Below, in pieces: positions 1 through 8,883 of a stretch of 64,000 nucleotides of DNA. This DNA comes from an uncultured Candidatus Saccharibacteria bacterium (GTDB lineage: Bacteria > Patescibacteriota > Saccharimonadia > Saccharimonadales > UBA4665). A program made the position numbers and the translations under genes. A model generated the notes under the pieces. That model was not told where the DNA came from, made no database searches, and worked only from the letters and a program-made list of their open reading frames with translations. Within the stretch, counting starts at the first letter, position 1. Each line of letters opens with the position of its first letter. The stretch lies in contig CAYLWF010000021.1 in the NCBI GenBank assembly GCA_964387505.1, positions 12 to 64,011 on the forward strand. The letters are read 5' to 3'.

Positions 1-1220
1 GGTGCCGACGGCCGGGTCAAGGATTTGGACGCGATGGGTCTGTACTGTCTTGGTCAGCCGGTCTTTGCGCTCGCCCGGCATACGCCACGGTTGGGTTTCA
101 ACCTCGCGTTCACATGTTTCTGCGCTGGCAATGCCGTCGGCTATGCCGAAATCTTCCTTTAGTATGCGGTCAACTTCGCGGATGATGAACTTAACCACTG
201 GCGTGGGTGTGTAGTACGCTCCCATGCTTTTGCGGAGCGCGGGGTCATATTCTTTCAAGAAATCTTCATAAAAGTGTATGAGCGGGTCGCGGTCGTTTTC
301 GACTTCAAAGAGGCGCAAATGTTTCTGAATGAGCGTATGGACATCGCTTACCGCAAAAACGGCACAGAGCTCGTCGACTATGTAGGCAAGGCGTTGGTCG
401 AACTCTATACCAGCAATGTGGTCAAAGAAGTGGCGCAAGAACGGGTTGCTGCGGGGAATGTTCGCCTGCGCCTCCTGACGAGTAAAATCGTCAAGTGAGG
501 TGTCGTTGTAGCGCCCCACGAACAACCCATACACTAGGGTTTGGGCATACATATCGGCAAATTTTTCTGGCGTGAGGTCATGGACGAGCAGCTGCTTCAT
601 TTTGGCGTACACGCCATCAAGCGAAGCGTTTTTATCTGTTTCGAGCGCTAGGAATTTGTCTATGCTATCTCGGACGCGCCTGGCGTAGCCGCCCATAATG
701 ACCGCTAGCCGCTTGCCAGAACGAATTTGCTCAGGCCGGCGCTCTAGAAACGCAGCGAGTTCGCGGTAGAGCTCTGAACCATTTTCCGGAGTTAGTTGCA
801 ACGAGTCATTTTTGATGGTACCGAGCGAGACGGTAGTAGTTTTCTCGCCATTACGAAAAAAGCGGAATTCCAGATAGTCGGTAAGAAACAGATTGTCGTA
901 CCCGCTGTAGCGTTCCATTTGGTTGGATTTCTCGACTTTGTCCAGGTTGATGGTGAGGTCTTTTGCCTCGGCGTAGCCTTGGAATATTCGCGGGTTCGAT
1001 TTTTTCAAAAATACAAAGTCAGGCGCGCCATGTTCACTGCGCTTAGGATCGTTTATGGCGTTGATACCGGAGAATGACTCAATTAACCTTTCGAGCGCGC
1101 CCCGGTACGCATGCTCTCTCGCTTGCCCCGAAGCAAACTTATCCTGAATTATGGTTAGGTACTCACTCACTGCATCCTGCATGTGTATAAGTATACGCTG
1201 AAACGGAGCATTTGCTGCCA
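1..1220 (-). CDS. Type IIG/IIL restriction-modification enzyme (MmeI/Eco57I-like), N-terminal part. The CDS runs off the left edge of the window.
   Basis: Absent from the ORF track because it has no stop in the window. The reverse frame from ATG (1220..1218) is open to position 1 (~406 codons). The translation MAANAPFQRILIHMQDAV... has a PD-(D/E)xK-like motif (GAPDFVF...GYAEAKD). N6-adenine methyltransferase motifs follow (HFYEDFLKEYDPALRKSMGAYYTP; VQILDPAVGT at the edge). Confidence 0.75.
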
Positions 1221-1664
1221 TGCTAATAATTTGTTACTAAAAAGTGTTTTCAAGCACCCCATCCTTCAGCATTGTTATAGTTTCTTTAAGTGGATTAGCA
1301 TGGTTGTTGTGAATAATCCGCGGTGAAAGGTACAGATGGAGATTTGCTGTCCCGGGTGAAAATGCGGAATTCTGTAATCTAGCTCTCAGACAAACATAAG
1401 GGTTATGGTGTATGGTAGGGGCAATGCGTTTGACTGACTTGCCGAAACGCTTCAAAAAACTAACATCGTGGAAAGGAACTCTCGCCCTATGAAACGATTA
1501 CCAACCATAAAGTCACTAAAACGTCTGCCGGTGCTCAACCGCCCCATTCGCGTAGCCGATGTGCAAAAGGAAATTGACACTGACGCCTACGCCGACACTT
1601 GGCTGCTGCATGCCGAGAAGCTCGAAACCAAACGCCTCCGCCGCTTCCGCCAACAACTCGCCAG

Positions 1665-2444
1665 CTAAAAAAGCTCCATTTGTAGATGGCCGTTCGTATT
1701 TTCAATGATTCCGAGCGAGCCAAGGAACTGCTCCATACTCAAGTCATACTTTTTGGTAAATTCCTGGCGATGCGCTAGTTTCGCTAGATTGAACTTGGCT
1801 GTATTTTCTAAAGATACAGCCAGACGATTCGGTAGAACATAGCCCAGTACTATTAAACACTCTCCCACTGCTTGACTAATTGGTATAGCTTGCTCAAGGT
1901 CTGTCATGGTGGGTGGACCACTCAACTGGTACGTGCCAAGTGACTTGTGAAGTCTGTCGAAGCATCGCTGGAAAACATAGAACGGATTGAGGTTTAGTGT
2001 CGTTGAGCCGCCTGCCTTATTTACTACGCCGAAAACATCTGCCACTTCTAGAGCAATCGATTCAATATCCTCTACCGTCCCTATGTGTTGCTCGGTACTA
2101 ATTTTGTGGTTCGACAATGCTTCTCTAACAGACGAAGTCAAGGTTGTTCCATTTCGGTTACTGATATCGGCTAGGAACCACAGCAGGTCCCCTGCTTCGT
2201 CGGCGGCTTTCAACTTTGCGTCATGCTTTGGTTGAAGGCTTGTTAACCCAGGGCTGGGCGGAAGCAGCGCTAGGGCAATATCACCGTGCTGGCAAAGAAA
2301 TTCAAGATGCTCATCAGCAACCAGTGGGCCGTACGTAGATTCCCAGCCATCTTGTTGTAAGGTTAGACCTCGACGGTATGCACAGACTGCTCCTTGAAAC
2401 TCCGTGAGATTCAGCTTTGTCTCAGGCAGATGTTCATAGTACAT
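1665..2444 (-). CDS. Tandem MazG-like (all-alpha NTP pyrophosphohydrolase-like) protein
   Basis: 259-aa ORF. It has two MazG-type helix pairs: KLKAADEAGDLLWFLADISNRNGTTL and AVGECLIVLGYV...NLAKLAHRQ. Confidence 0.5.
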   Translation of the reverse strand: MYYEHLPETKLNLTEFQGAVCAYRRGLTLQQDGWESTYGPLVADEHLEFLCQHGDIALALLPPSPGLTSLQPKHDAKLKAADEAGDLLWFLADISNRNGTTLTSSVREALSNHKISTEQHIGTVEDIESIALEVADVFGVVNKAGGSTTLNLNPFYVFQRCFDRLHKSLGTYQLSGPPTMTDLEQAIPISQAVGECLIVLGYVLPNRLAVSLENTAKFNLAKLAHRQEFTKKYDLSMEQFLGSLGIIENTNGHLQMELF

Positions 2445-2490
2445 TTAGCCATTGTAAAACATTTATGCAAAAATAAATAGTTTATATTCT

Positions 2491-3120
2491 TTAGTGTAAA
2501 ACGTCGATGACGAGGGGGGTGGAAAGGTTCCACTGGGTGTCTATGTAGAGCAGCGGCCGAGAAAGGTGCTTTTTTACTGCAAAGCTAATCTGTCCGCTCG
2601 CAGACTGCCCTGGCCTCAGGTCTGTTGCGCCTAGTGGATTTTTAATATGCGAACTTGCATGCATGGGTGCATAGTCTCCTTCATCACTTCGAACGTACAA
2701 CTGGGTCGAAGGGAATAGCTGTTGTGTTTGCTCTGTTCTGTTTGTGATGGCGATATCCATGATGAGCATTGTTTCGTTTTCAGCCAAGGGAAATGCGTGG
2801 TCAACAGCAGTATTTTCCCCGACATTGCTGACTCGGGCTTGCACGGCAAAGTTACGAGCTGTCTGAAGTGATGTACCGGTTTTTACAGAAACAACGGTGG
2901 CTGTATCTTGTTGGTCTTTTTTGTAACGATGGTTGGTGAACTGTACCCAAAACAATGTATTGACCACAAGGAGCGCAACAATTGCAGCGACAAAAACGCC
3001 CAGAAGCAAACTATTTTCATCACGGAATTTTTCAAACCGCTTGTACTCACGCTTTAGCTCTTTTGCTTGGTCTTCGACAACCTCCTCAAGCTTTTGAATT
3101 GGTGTCTCTCGTTTTTTCAT
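2491..3120 (-). CDS. Membrane-anchored DUF4352-like (Ig-fold) protein
   Basis: 209 aa. The charged N-terminus is followed by one TM helix (LLLGVFVAAIVALLVVNTLFWV). The beta-rich ectodomain has the DUF4352-like pattern (MDIAITNRT...LRPGQSASGQISFAV). It is a paralogue of 5657..6250. Confidence 0.6.
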   Translation of the reverse strand: MKKRETPIQKLEEVVEDQAKELKREYKRFEKFRDENSLLLGVFVAAIVALLVVNTLFWVQFTNHRYKKDQQDTATVVSVKTGTSLQTARNFAVQARVSNVGENTAVDHAFPLAENETMLIMDIAITNRTEQTQQLFPSTQLYVRSDEGDYAPMHASSHIKNPLGATDLRPGQSASGQISFAVKKHLSRPLLYIDTQWNLSTPLVIDVLH

Positions 3121-3153
3121 GTGCGCCTCCTACTCATCTAATTAACTCCTTTG

Positions 3154-5667
3154 TTATGGTTTCGCAGGATCGTAATAACCCAATTGGTATGCATTCATGC
3201 GATAATCAGTGTTTGTCAGAGTTGTTGATTTATGCACTCGGGTTCCCGAGACTCCTGGTATGCTTGAGCCATTTATGTATGCCGCAAAGTTTTTTGCTCC
3301 GCAAAGGGTGCTCACGGCACTCGACCCGGGCAGCAGGTCTACCCCCCTAACGCCGACATGATAGCTTCTGTTGAAGGTGGTTATGTTGTAGACGATCCTA
3401 TTGCTCGAGTCGGTGGTAGAAACGTTATACCCCCAACAATCTGCTGCGGTCGCGTGTGCGCTTAACTGGCTAGGACCGTAACACGGTGTCTTGCCGCCAC
3501 AGTAGACGGCTGCGTTCACGGTCACAGAAACCGTGTTGCTTGCGGTTGTGCCGCCCGCGTTTGTACAAGAAAGGGTAAATGTGTATGTCCCTGCTGTACC
3601 AAGTGTCACTGCCTGAGAGCCACCGCCAGTGGTTTTACTGCCGCTCCATCCGCTGCCGCCTGCTGTGCATGAGGTAGGGCTATTACTGGTCGTCCAGGTG
3701 ACTGTGGTGGTTCCGCCGCTCGTTATAGTGTTGGGCGCTATCGAAAGATTGACTGTAGGTGTTGCGATGGCAGTCACTGTAGTAGATTTTGTGTTGCTTC
3801 CTGCGCTGTTAGAACACAGTAGAGTAAAGGTTTTCGTGCCTGCTGACGTTGCCGTCACAACCTGGCTGCCACTTGCGCTCTTCGCTCCGCTCCAGTCGCC
3901 GCTAGCGGTGCATGAGGTAGGGCTATTCGCGGCGCTCCAACTGACAGTTACCCCACTCCCAACACCAACTGTCGTCGGTGTGGCGGATATGGAAACGACT
4001 GGTGCACTGACAGTGACGCCACTTGTAACGCTTACAGAGGTTTGTCCGGTCCCCGTACCACCGGCATTTGTGCAGTCAAGATAGTAGGTATATGTCTTTA
4101 CTGTCGTGAGAGCTCCAGTTGAAGCTGTTCCACCGGTTGTGAGTTTTGAACCACTCCAGTCGCCACGTGCAGTACATGACGAGGGATTGTTTGTCACTGT
4201 CCAGCTAAGGTTTGAGCTAGCTCCTGCTTTTATCGAGATGGGGTTGGAAGTGAGTGTAACAACGGGCTTTTGTGGATTAGCGACAGTAAGCATGACATTG
4301 TTTGCAGAGCCTGTACCACCGGCATTTGTGCAACTCAGGCTATACGGGTATGTTCCAGCGCTCATGATCCCGGTACTGACGGCGCCGCTGCTCCCACGAG
4401 ATCCATTCCAGCTGCCACTTGCTGTGCAGCTTGTTGGGTTGTTTGTAGCTGACCATGAAATGGTTGCTGATTGACCAGTAAGTATACTAACAGGGTTAAC
4501 CGTAAGTGATACGTTTGGAGCTTTTGGAATAACCTGTACAGTGACTCTGTCGGTCGTACCTCCAGCACTATTTGAGCATACTAGGTTAAATTGATAGGTT
4601 TTTATGCTCGTCATGTTGCTCATTGTTTGCGAACCGGCAGCCGGTCGGCTCCCAGACCAGTCACCACTCGCCGTACAACTCGTTGGACTATTTGTGGCGC
4701 TCCATTTGATGGTGGTTCCACCGCCCGGCTCGATAGGTCCAGCTGGGGTTGCGTCTATGGTAACGAGCGGGACATCTGGTGGTAGCGCCTGAACAGTTAG
4801 AAAGGCGCTCTTTGGGTCGGAAGAGCCACTTCCGTTTCGACAGATAATCGTGTATGTGTATTGTTTTGTAGTGGTCAGTGTTGCGGTACGTTCACTGCCA
4901 GACCCTGCCTTTGTGCCGGTCCAGCTACCGCTTGCCTCGCAAGAAGTCGGATTGTTGGTGGCCTCCCATCTAATTGTACTTGTTGTACCAGCGTAGATGA
5001 GTGCAGGGACAGCTGCGATTGTTACTACAGGCTTGCCCGTGCTGACTGCCGTAGGGCTATTGTTTGTTGTGGCTGTTTGAGTTGTTGAGGAATCGCCGGT
5101 GCTTATATCAGATGGTGTAGTGACACTGACGGGTACAGTTGCGAAACCAGTGCCGGTGTCTGTTTTGCAGGTTAAGGTAAAGAGGTAGTTCTGTAATTTT
5201 GTGAGAGTTTGAGTTGTCTCGTTACCGCCGGCAGTATCTTTGTTCCCACCCCAGTCATCACTTGCCACACAGCTATGAGGGTTATTTGTAACGGTCCACC
5301 GTAGAATTGCTGATTTCCCTTGGACTACGGTTGCCGGCTCTGCAGTAAGCGTAATGACGGGCGCGTCTGTTCCGGTTGTTCCTCCAATTCCAGTTGCAAG
5401 GTCTCCACCCGGAAGTGCAGATGGGTTTTTGCTAATACCAGTCGTTTGTGGAAGATTAGTATCGAGCCCATGTTTCTTACTGAACTCGGCATTATTGCTC
5501 TGTACGGTGAAAATAGCAAAGCTCACCATGCTGAGAATCATGATAGTCGACACAATGAAAATCATTATCTTTGTGCCGCGTGTACCAAATTTTGGCAATC
5601 GATCACGCCATCCACCCATTGGGGTCTGTGGAGTATTAAATTCAACAACGACTGGATTAAATTCCAT
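3154..5667 (-). CDS. Large surface protein: N-terminal TM anchor, 7 Ig-like repeats, C-terminal Cys-rich cytochrome-b5-like domain
   Basis: 837 aa. There are seven ~88-aa repeats, each with W..TNNPTSCTASG.WSG...Y.(F/L).C.N (two conserved Cys). The C-terminal 117 aa (VYCGGKTPCY...DCWGYN...VYNITTF...YH...VHK...LGYY) resemble a cytochrome b5-like fold but lack HPGG. Confidence 0.7.
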   Translation of the reverse strand: MEFNPVVVEFNTPQTPMGGWRDRLPKFGTRGTKIMIFIVSTIMILSMVSFAIFTVQSNNAEFSKKHGLDTNLPQTTGISKNPSALPGGDLATGIGGTTGTDAPVITLTAEPATVVQGKSAILRWTVTNNPHSCVASDDWGGNKDTAGGNETTQTLTKLQNYLFTLTCKTDTGTGFATVPVSVTTPSDISTGDSSTTQTATTNNSPTAVSTGKPVVTIAAVPALIYAGTTSTIRWEATNNPTSCEASGSWTGTKAGSGSERTATLTTTKQYTYTIICRNGSGSSDPKSAFLTVQALPPDVPLVTIDATPAGPIEPGGGTTIKWSATNSPTSCTASGDWSGSRPAAGSQTMSNMTSIKTYQFNLVCSNSAGGTTDRVTVQVIPKAPNVSLTVNPVSILTGQSATISWSATNNPTSCTASGSWNGSRGSSGAVSTGIMSAGTYPYSLSCTNAGGTGSANNVMLTVANPQKPVVTLTSNPISIKAGASSNLSWTVTNNPSSCTARGDWSGSKLTTGGTASTGALTTVKTYTYYLDCTNAGGTGTGQTSVSVTSGVTVSAPVVSISATPTTVGVGSGVTVSWSAANSPTSCTASGDWSGAKSASGSQVVTATSAGTKTFTLLCSNSAGSNTKSTTVTAIATPTVNLSIAPNTITSGGTTTVTWTTSNSPTSCTAGGSGWSGSKTTGGGSQAVTLGTAGTYTFTLSCTNAGGTTASNTVSVTVNAAVYCGGKTPCYGPSQLSAHATAADCWGYNVSTTDSSNRIVYNITTFNRSYHVGVRGVDLLPGSSAVSTLCGAKNFAAYINGSSIPGVSGTRVHKSTTLTNTDYRMNAYQLGYYDPAKP
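3508..5361 (-). repeat. Seven diverged tandem coding repeats (~264 bp each) encoding Ig-like modules
   Basis: The periodicity is seen directly in the translated protein (aa ~103-720 of the 837-aa ORF). The repeats are diverged at DNA level. Confidence 0.8.
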
Positions 5668-6250
5668 GTGTTATGTCTCGCTTATGGTTACGAACTGATT
5701 GTACCATGAATGGTATGATACCGCCGCTCCAACCTGCCTCTACGTAGAATTTATATGAACGTTGCTTTGGTACAAGATAGCTAAGCTCTCCCCGTGTCGA
5801 TTCTCCTGGAAGAATTAGGCCGCTATGAAACGGATTTGCGAGTTCGTACGGCGTAAGGTAACTTACCGTTCCGTCGACTGTTTTTACATATGTATCGGTG
5901 GTCGGAAACACATTGATGGGTTTTTCACTATTGTTTCTAACGTTGACGGTGAGAACAAGGTACTCATAACCGTCGGGTGCGAGAAATGAATGCGCCCCAG
6001 GTTTATACTGAATATTGTTGATTGTCACTGTAGAAACACCACTTGTTATTGGTTTTCCTGCTGCAATACCTGCAAAAGGTATGCGTGTACGCTCTGCGGC
6101 GATTGAGCGAGCCACGACCAGTATGGTCAACGACATAAGAAGTAACGCTATGCTAAAACCAAAGAGCCAACGCTCCCACGCTCGTGCAGGACTGGTTTTT
6201 TCATCTGAGTGTTTTACCTGGGATTGTTTTTTTCTTATCTCTTGATTCAT
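5657..6250 (-). CDS. Membrane-anchored DUF4352-like protein (paralogue of 2491..3120)
   Basis: The track ORF 5657..6298 overlaps the upstream gene by 32 nt. The internal ATG at 6250 (MNQEIRKKQS...) removes this overlap. It has one TM helix and an ectodomain with YLVLTVNVRNNSEKPINV...LPGESTRGELSYLVP. Confidence 0.6.
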   Translation of the reverse strand: MNQEIRKKQSQVKHSDEKTSPARAWERWLFGFSIALLLMSLTILVVARSIAAERTRIPFAGIAAGKPITSGVSTVTINNIQYKPGAHSFLAPDGYEYLVLTVNVRNNSEKPINVFPTTDTYVKTVDGTVSYLTPYELANPFHSGLILPGESTRGELSYLVPKQRSYKFYVEAGWSGGIIPFMVQSVRNHKRDITHGI

Positions 6251-6266
6251 ATTTCTCGATTCTTTT

Positions 6267-7076
6267 CTATGGTTTACTGCTGTCAAAATAGCCCACAAGG
6301 TACGGAATCATATTTCGGTCGGCATTGGCTTTAGTGGTTGCCTTGTGATCTTGTCCAGAGCCGCCAACTGCGACACTTCCCGAGAGTGAAGGCGCCAAGT
6401 CTTTACCGCAAACACCAGATACCTCAATACTTCCCCGTCCAGTTTTACTAAGATGATAGGCGGTATCAAACCCGGTGATGTTGATGACGCGGTCGCCATT
6501 CCATCCCCAGCAATCACCTGATCTTCCGTGAGCTGCGATCTCGCGGGGGCTATAACAAGGAGTTGCCCCCCCGCAATAGACAATGGCCGGTTTCGGTGCT
6601 GTCTGTGTCGGAGTAGTTGTTGTAGTTGGTGTTGTTGGGTTTGCTGTTTGCGCTGGTGCGGGTTTACTTGGAGATGGTGTGGCTATGGCTGGAGCGGGCC
6701 TGACGTTTACAGTTGCGATTGCTGGCTGACTCTTCCCTGCTTTGTTTTCGCACGTTAGAGAGTATGTCTTTGCGCCCTCAGAAGATAGTTTCCCGGTGCT
6801 TTCCCCTCCAAAAGGCGTCTTTTGACCGCCCCAGTCACCGCTTGCAGTGCAACTAGTGATGTTTCCGGTTGTTTCCCATCGAAGGGCGCTAAACATACCT
6901 ACCGTTGTTTCAGTAGGTTCGGCGGTCAACGTGACGGTCGGGGGCATAGCTGTTATCTGGCTTAACCCAAAGTCAGCCCTGCTCTTATCGGGTCCGAAAA
7001 ATCCCGCAAGTACTATAGCATTCATGCCAAGCAGGGTTATTAGCATACAAAGGCCAACGAGCTTTTTTAACCACAT
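6267..7076 (-). CDS. Secreted protein: signal/anchor, one Ig-like repeat, P/T-rich linker, cytochrome-b5-like Cys-rich domain
   Basis: 269 aa. It has the same repeat signature (LRWETTGNITSCTASGDWGG...YSLTCEN). A linker follows (PAPAQTANPTTPTTTTTPTQTAPKP). The C-terminal domain is homologous to that of the 837-aa protein (IVYCGGATPCYSP...GDCWGWNGDRVINITGF...YH...DHK...VGYF). Confidence 0.7.
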   Translation of the reverse strand: MWLKKLVGLCMLITLLGMNAIVLAGFFGPDKSRADFGLSQITAMPPTVTLTAEPTETTVGMFSALRWETTGNITSCTASGDWGGQKTPFGGESTGKLSSEGAKTYSLTCENKAGKSQPAIATVNVRPAPAIATPSPSKPAPAQTANPTTPTTTTTPTQTAPKPAIVYCGGATPCYSPREIAAHGRSGDCWGWNGDRVINITGFDTAYHLSKTGRGSIEVSGVCGKDLAPSLSGSVAVGGSGQDHKATTKANADRNMIPYLVGYFDSSKP

Positions 7077-7297
7077 TGCTGGCTCACTTTCGTTTTTGAA
7101 GGGAAGCTCTTCTCACTTCGGGTGCCCATGTGGCCTTGCTCATGAGTATCCCACGTCCACTCGGCCACTATGTGCGGTCGCCTGAGCTGTGCGCGGGTTT
7201 GCTTCGGAATTGCTGTCTGAAGGAAAGACAACATCAACGTGGTGCTCTGCCCTCTGTCTTCTGCTCTTGTCTCATAACTCATATCTCTTAACTCTCC

Positions 7298-8698
7298 TTA
7301 TGACATGCCGAATTCTTCACTGTGTATACTGGTGGCGGGTATACCTTTGGCGCGAAGCTGTTTGCGTAAACTTTGCATCATAGCTGGCGGCCCACAAAGA
7401 TAAAAATCTTTCCCATGTAAATCACCACTGTATGTTTCGATATAGTTTACGTCGAGATGTCCCGCCTGCCTATCACTGACGTGTGGAATAATACGAACAT
7501 TCTTGCGCGCATGTGCGTGTTCGGCGAGTTTATTTGGGTCGATAAACTCGCTTGCGGTCTTGACGGCATAATATAAATCAACAGAGCAGCCTTCAACCGG
7601 CAAATCTCTCAACATAGACATAAAAGGAGTGATGCCAATTCCGCCCGCAACCCAAATCTGGTTATTGTTACGGTAGTTCGTGTAACTAAAACGGCCATAT
7701 GCACCTTCGACATCGGCTGTTGCGCCCACCTGTAAGTTGACAAGATTGTCCGTATAATCCCCAAGGCCTTTTATGCTCAGCTCTAGTCCGGGATCTCTCG
7801 GGGAAGATGTGATGGAAAATGGGTGCCATTCGCGGCTAATATGCGGGCCGCCTTTCCGAAAACGGACGAACACAAATTGTCCCGGCTTATACTGAATAGG
7901 CGCAGCGAGCGGAGTAAGGAATATTTGTACGACATTCCTGGCCGTAACACGCATAGCGCTAACCTGGTAAGAGTATCTTCGTATAAATATGTTGCTCGCG
8001 AGTGTTTTATATATAAACGCTGCAATTCCTATTGCCACCATTGCAAGCATATAAATTTTCATAGCCATATCATTCGATGTGTCGCTACTAATGAAGAGGA
8101 TATGCAGACCGGCTATAAAGAACGCAACGCCAAGAAACTTATGGGTAAAGAGCCATAGACGATAAGGCAGTTTAATAAAAAACGTTACCAGCAAGAGACC
8201 CACCATCCCCCAGAACGCAATGCTGCCGAACATAGTCGCCCATTGCTGCAGGACAACTTCATGATATTCGTGCTTGGTGTCAAAGAGTGCCCCAAGTGGA
8301 ATGAGTCCATTTGGGACGAGCAGCAGTGCCGCCTGCTTTATGTTGGTTGTTACGAAACGAAGCGCCAAAAACAGCGGGTGGAACGAAAGCATGATGAGGG
8401 CCAGTCCGCCCAACAAATGGTGGGCGATATACACGCGGTTCAGTCCTCCAAACCAGTATTCCAGGAACTTTATACGGGTGGCATATACGAGGTTTAGCGC
8501 GTACATGACCGTTCCAACCAGCCCTGTTACACGACCAAGGTTCAGCATGGTTGGGATGAATCCGTCCACAGTATTCCATGGATGAATGCGCGCCCATAAC
8601 ACAACTGGCACAAGGCAAAGGGCTATGGTTACACCCCAACCAACCATATGTTCGGGGCGGAAACTTAGGACCACTTTTCGAGTGCCGTTTGGCTGCAC
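7298..8698 (-). CDS. NOX/ferric-reductase-like flavocytochrome (ferric reductase TM domain plus FAD/NAD(P)-binding domain)
   Basis: 466 aa with a GTG start. The N-terminal half is polytopic with TM histidines. The C-terminal half has FNR-type motifs: HPFSITS (FAD), GGIGITPF (NAD(P)H) and YLCGPP. Confidence 0.8.
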   Translation of the reverse strand: MQPNGTRKVVLSFRPEHMVGWGVTIALCLVPVVLWARIHPWNTVDGFIPTMLNLGRVTGLVGTVMYALNLVYATRIKFLEYWFGGLNRVYIAHHLLGGLALIMLSFHPLFLALRFVTTNIKQAALLLVPNGLIPLGALFDTKHEYHEVVLQQWATMFGSIAFWGMVGLLLVTFFIKLPYRLWLFTHKFLGVAFFIAGLHILFISSDTSNDMAMKIYMLAMVAIGIAAFIYKTLASNIFIRRYSYQVSAMRVTARNVVQIFLTPLAAPIQYKPGQFVFVRFRKGGPHISREWHPFSITSSPRDPGLELSIKGLGDYTDNLVNLQVGATADVEGAYGRFSYTNYRNNNQIWVAGGIGITPFMSMLRDLPVEGCSVDLYYAVKTASEFIDPNKLAEHAHARKNVRIIPHVSDRQAGHLDVNYIETYSGDLHGKDFYLCGPPAMMQSLRKQLRAKGIPATSIHSEEFGMS

Positions 8699-8794
8699 GT
8701 CGCTACTCCCTCAGGTGCTTATATATTCCTTACGTTTATTGTACACAATACGCACAGTAAACCAATAATATTCCTCCGTTGTATTCTTACGGAC

Positions 8795-8826
8795 TTTTTA
8801 GATTGTCCGGCCGGACAATCTAAAAA
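8795..8826. promoter_or_regulatory. 32-bp perfect palindrome in the divergent promoter region (candidate operator)
   Basis: TTTTTAGATTGTCCGGCCGGACAATCTAAAAA lies between the starts of the two ferric-reductase genes. Its core is repeated at 11884..11907. Confidence 0.55.
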
Positions 8827-8883
8827 GTAGTTTCCTTACCGTAGTGCGTGTTGCTCAGAAATTTTTCAGCCAGGCGGAGCACA

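Noticed and set aside
2-1077. Plus-strand ORFs 2..214, 274..498 and 796..1077 from the track
   Set aside because: They lie antisense to a continuous minus-strand reading frame (1..1220) that carries clear R-M methyltransferase motifs. They have no motifs or RBS of their own.
1237-1668. Small ORFs 1237..1455 (-) and 1468..1668 (+) in the spacer between the R-M gene and the MazG-like gene. I considered them as a possible toxin-antitoxin pair.
   Set aside because: I found no recognisable TA, HTH or toxin motifs. The composition is odd and no convincing RBS is present. I treat the region as a promoter/spacer. A small basic protein at 1468..1668 cannot be excluded.
3629-5709. Many 60-150-aa ORFs on both strands inside the 837-aa repeat protein gene
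   Set aside because: They are alternative-frame or antisense products of a Gly/Thr/Ser-rich repetitive coding region. They are low-complexity and fully nested in a well-supported gene.
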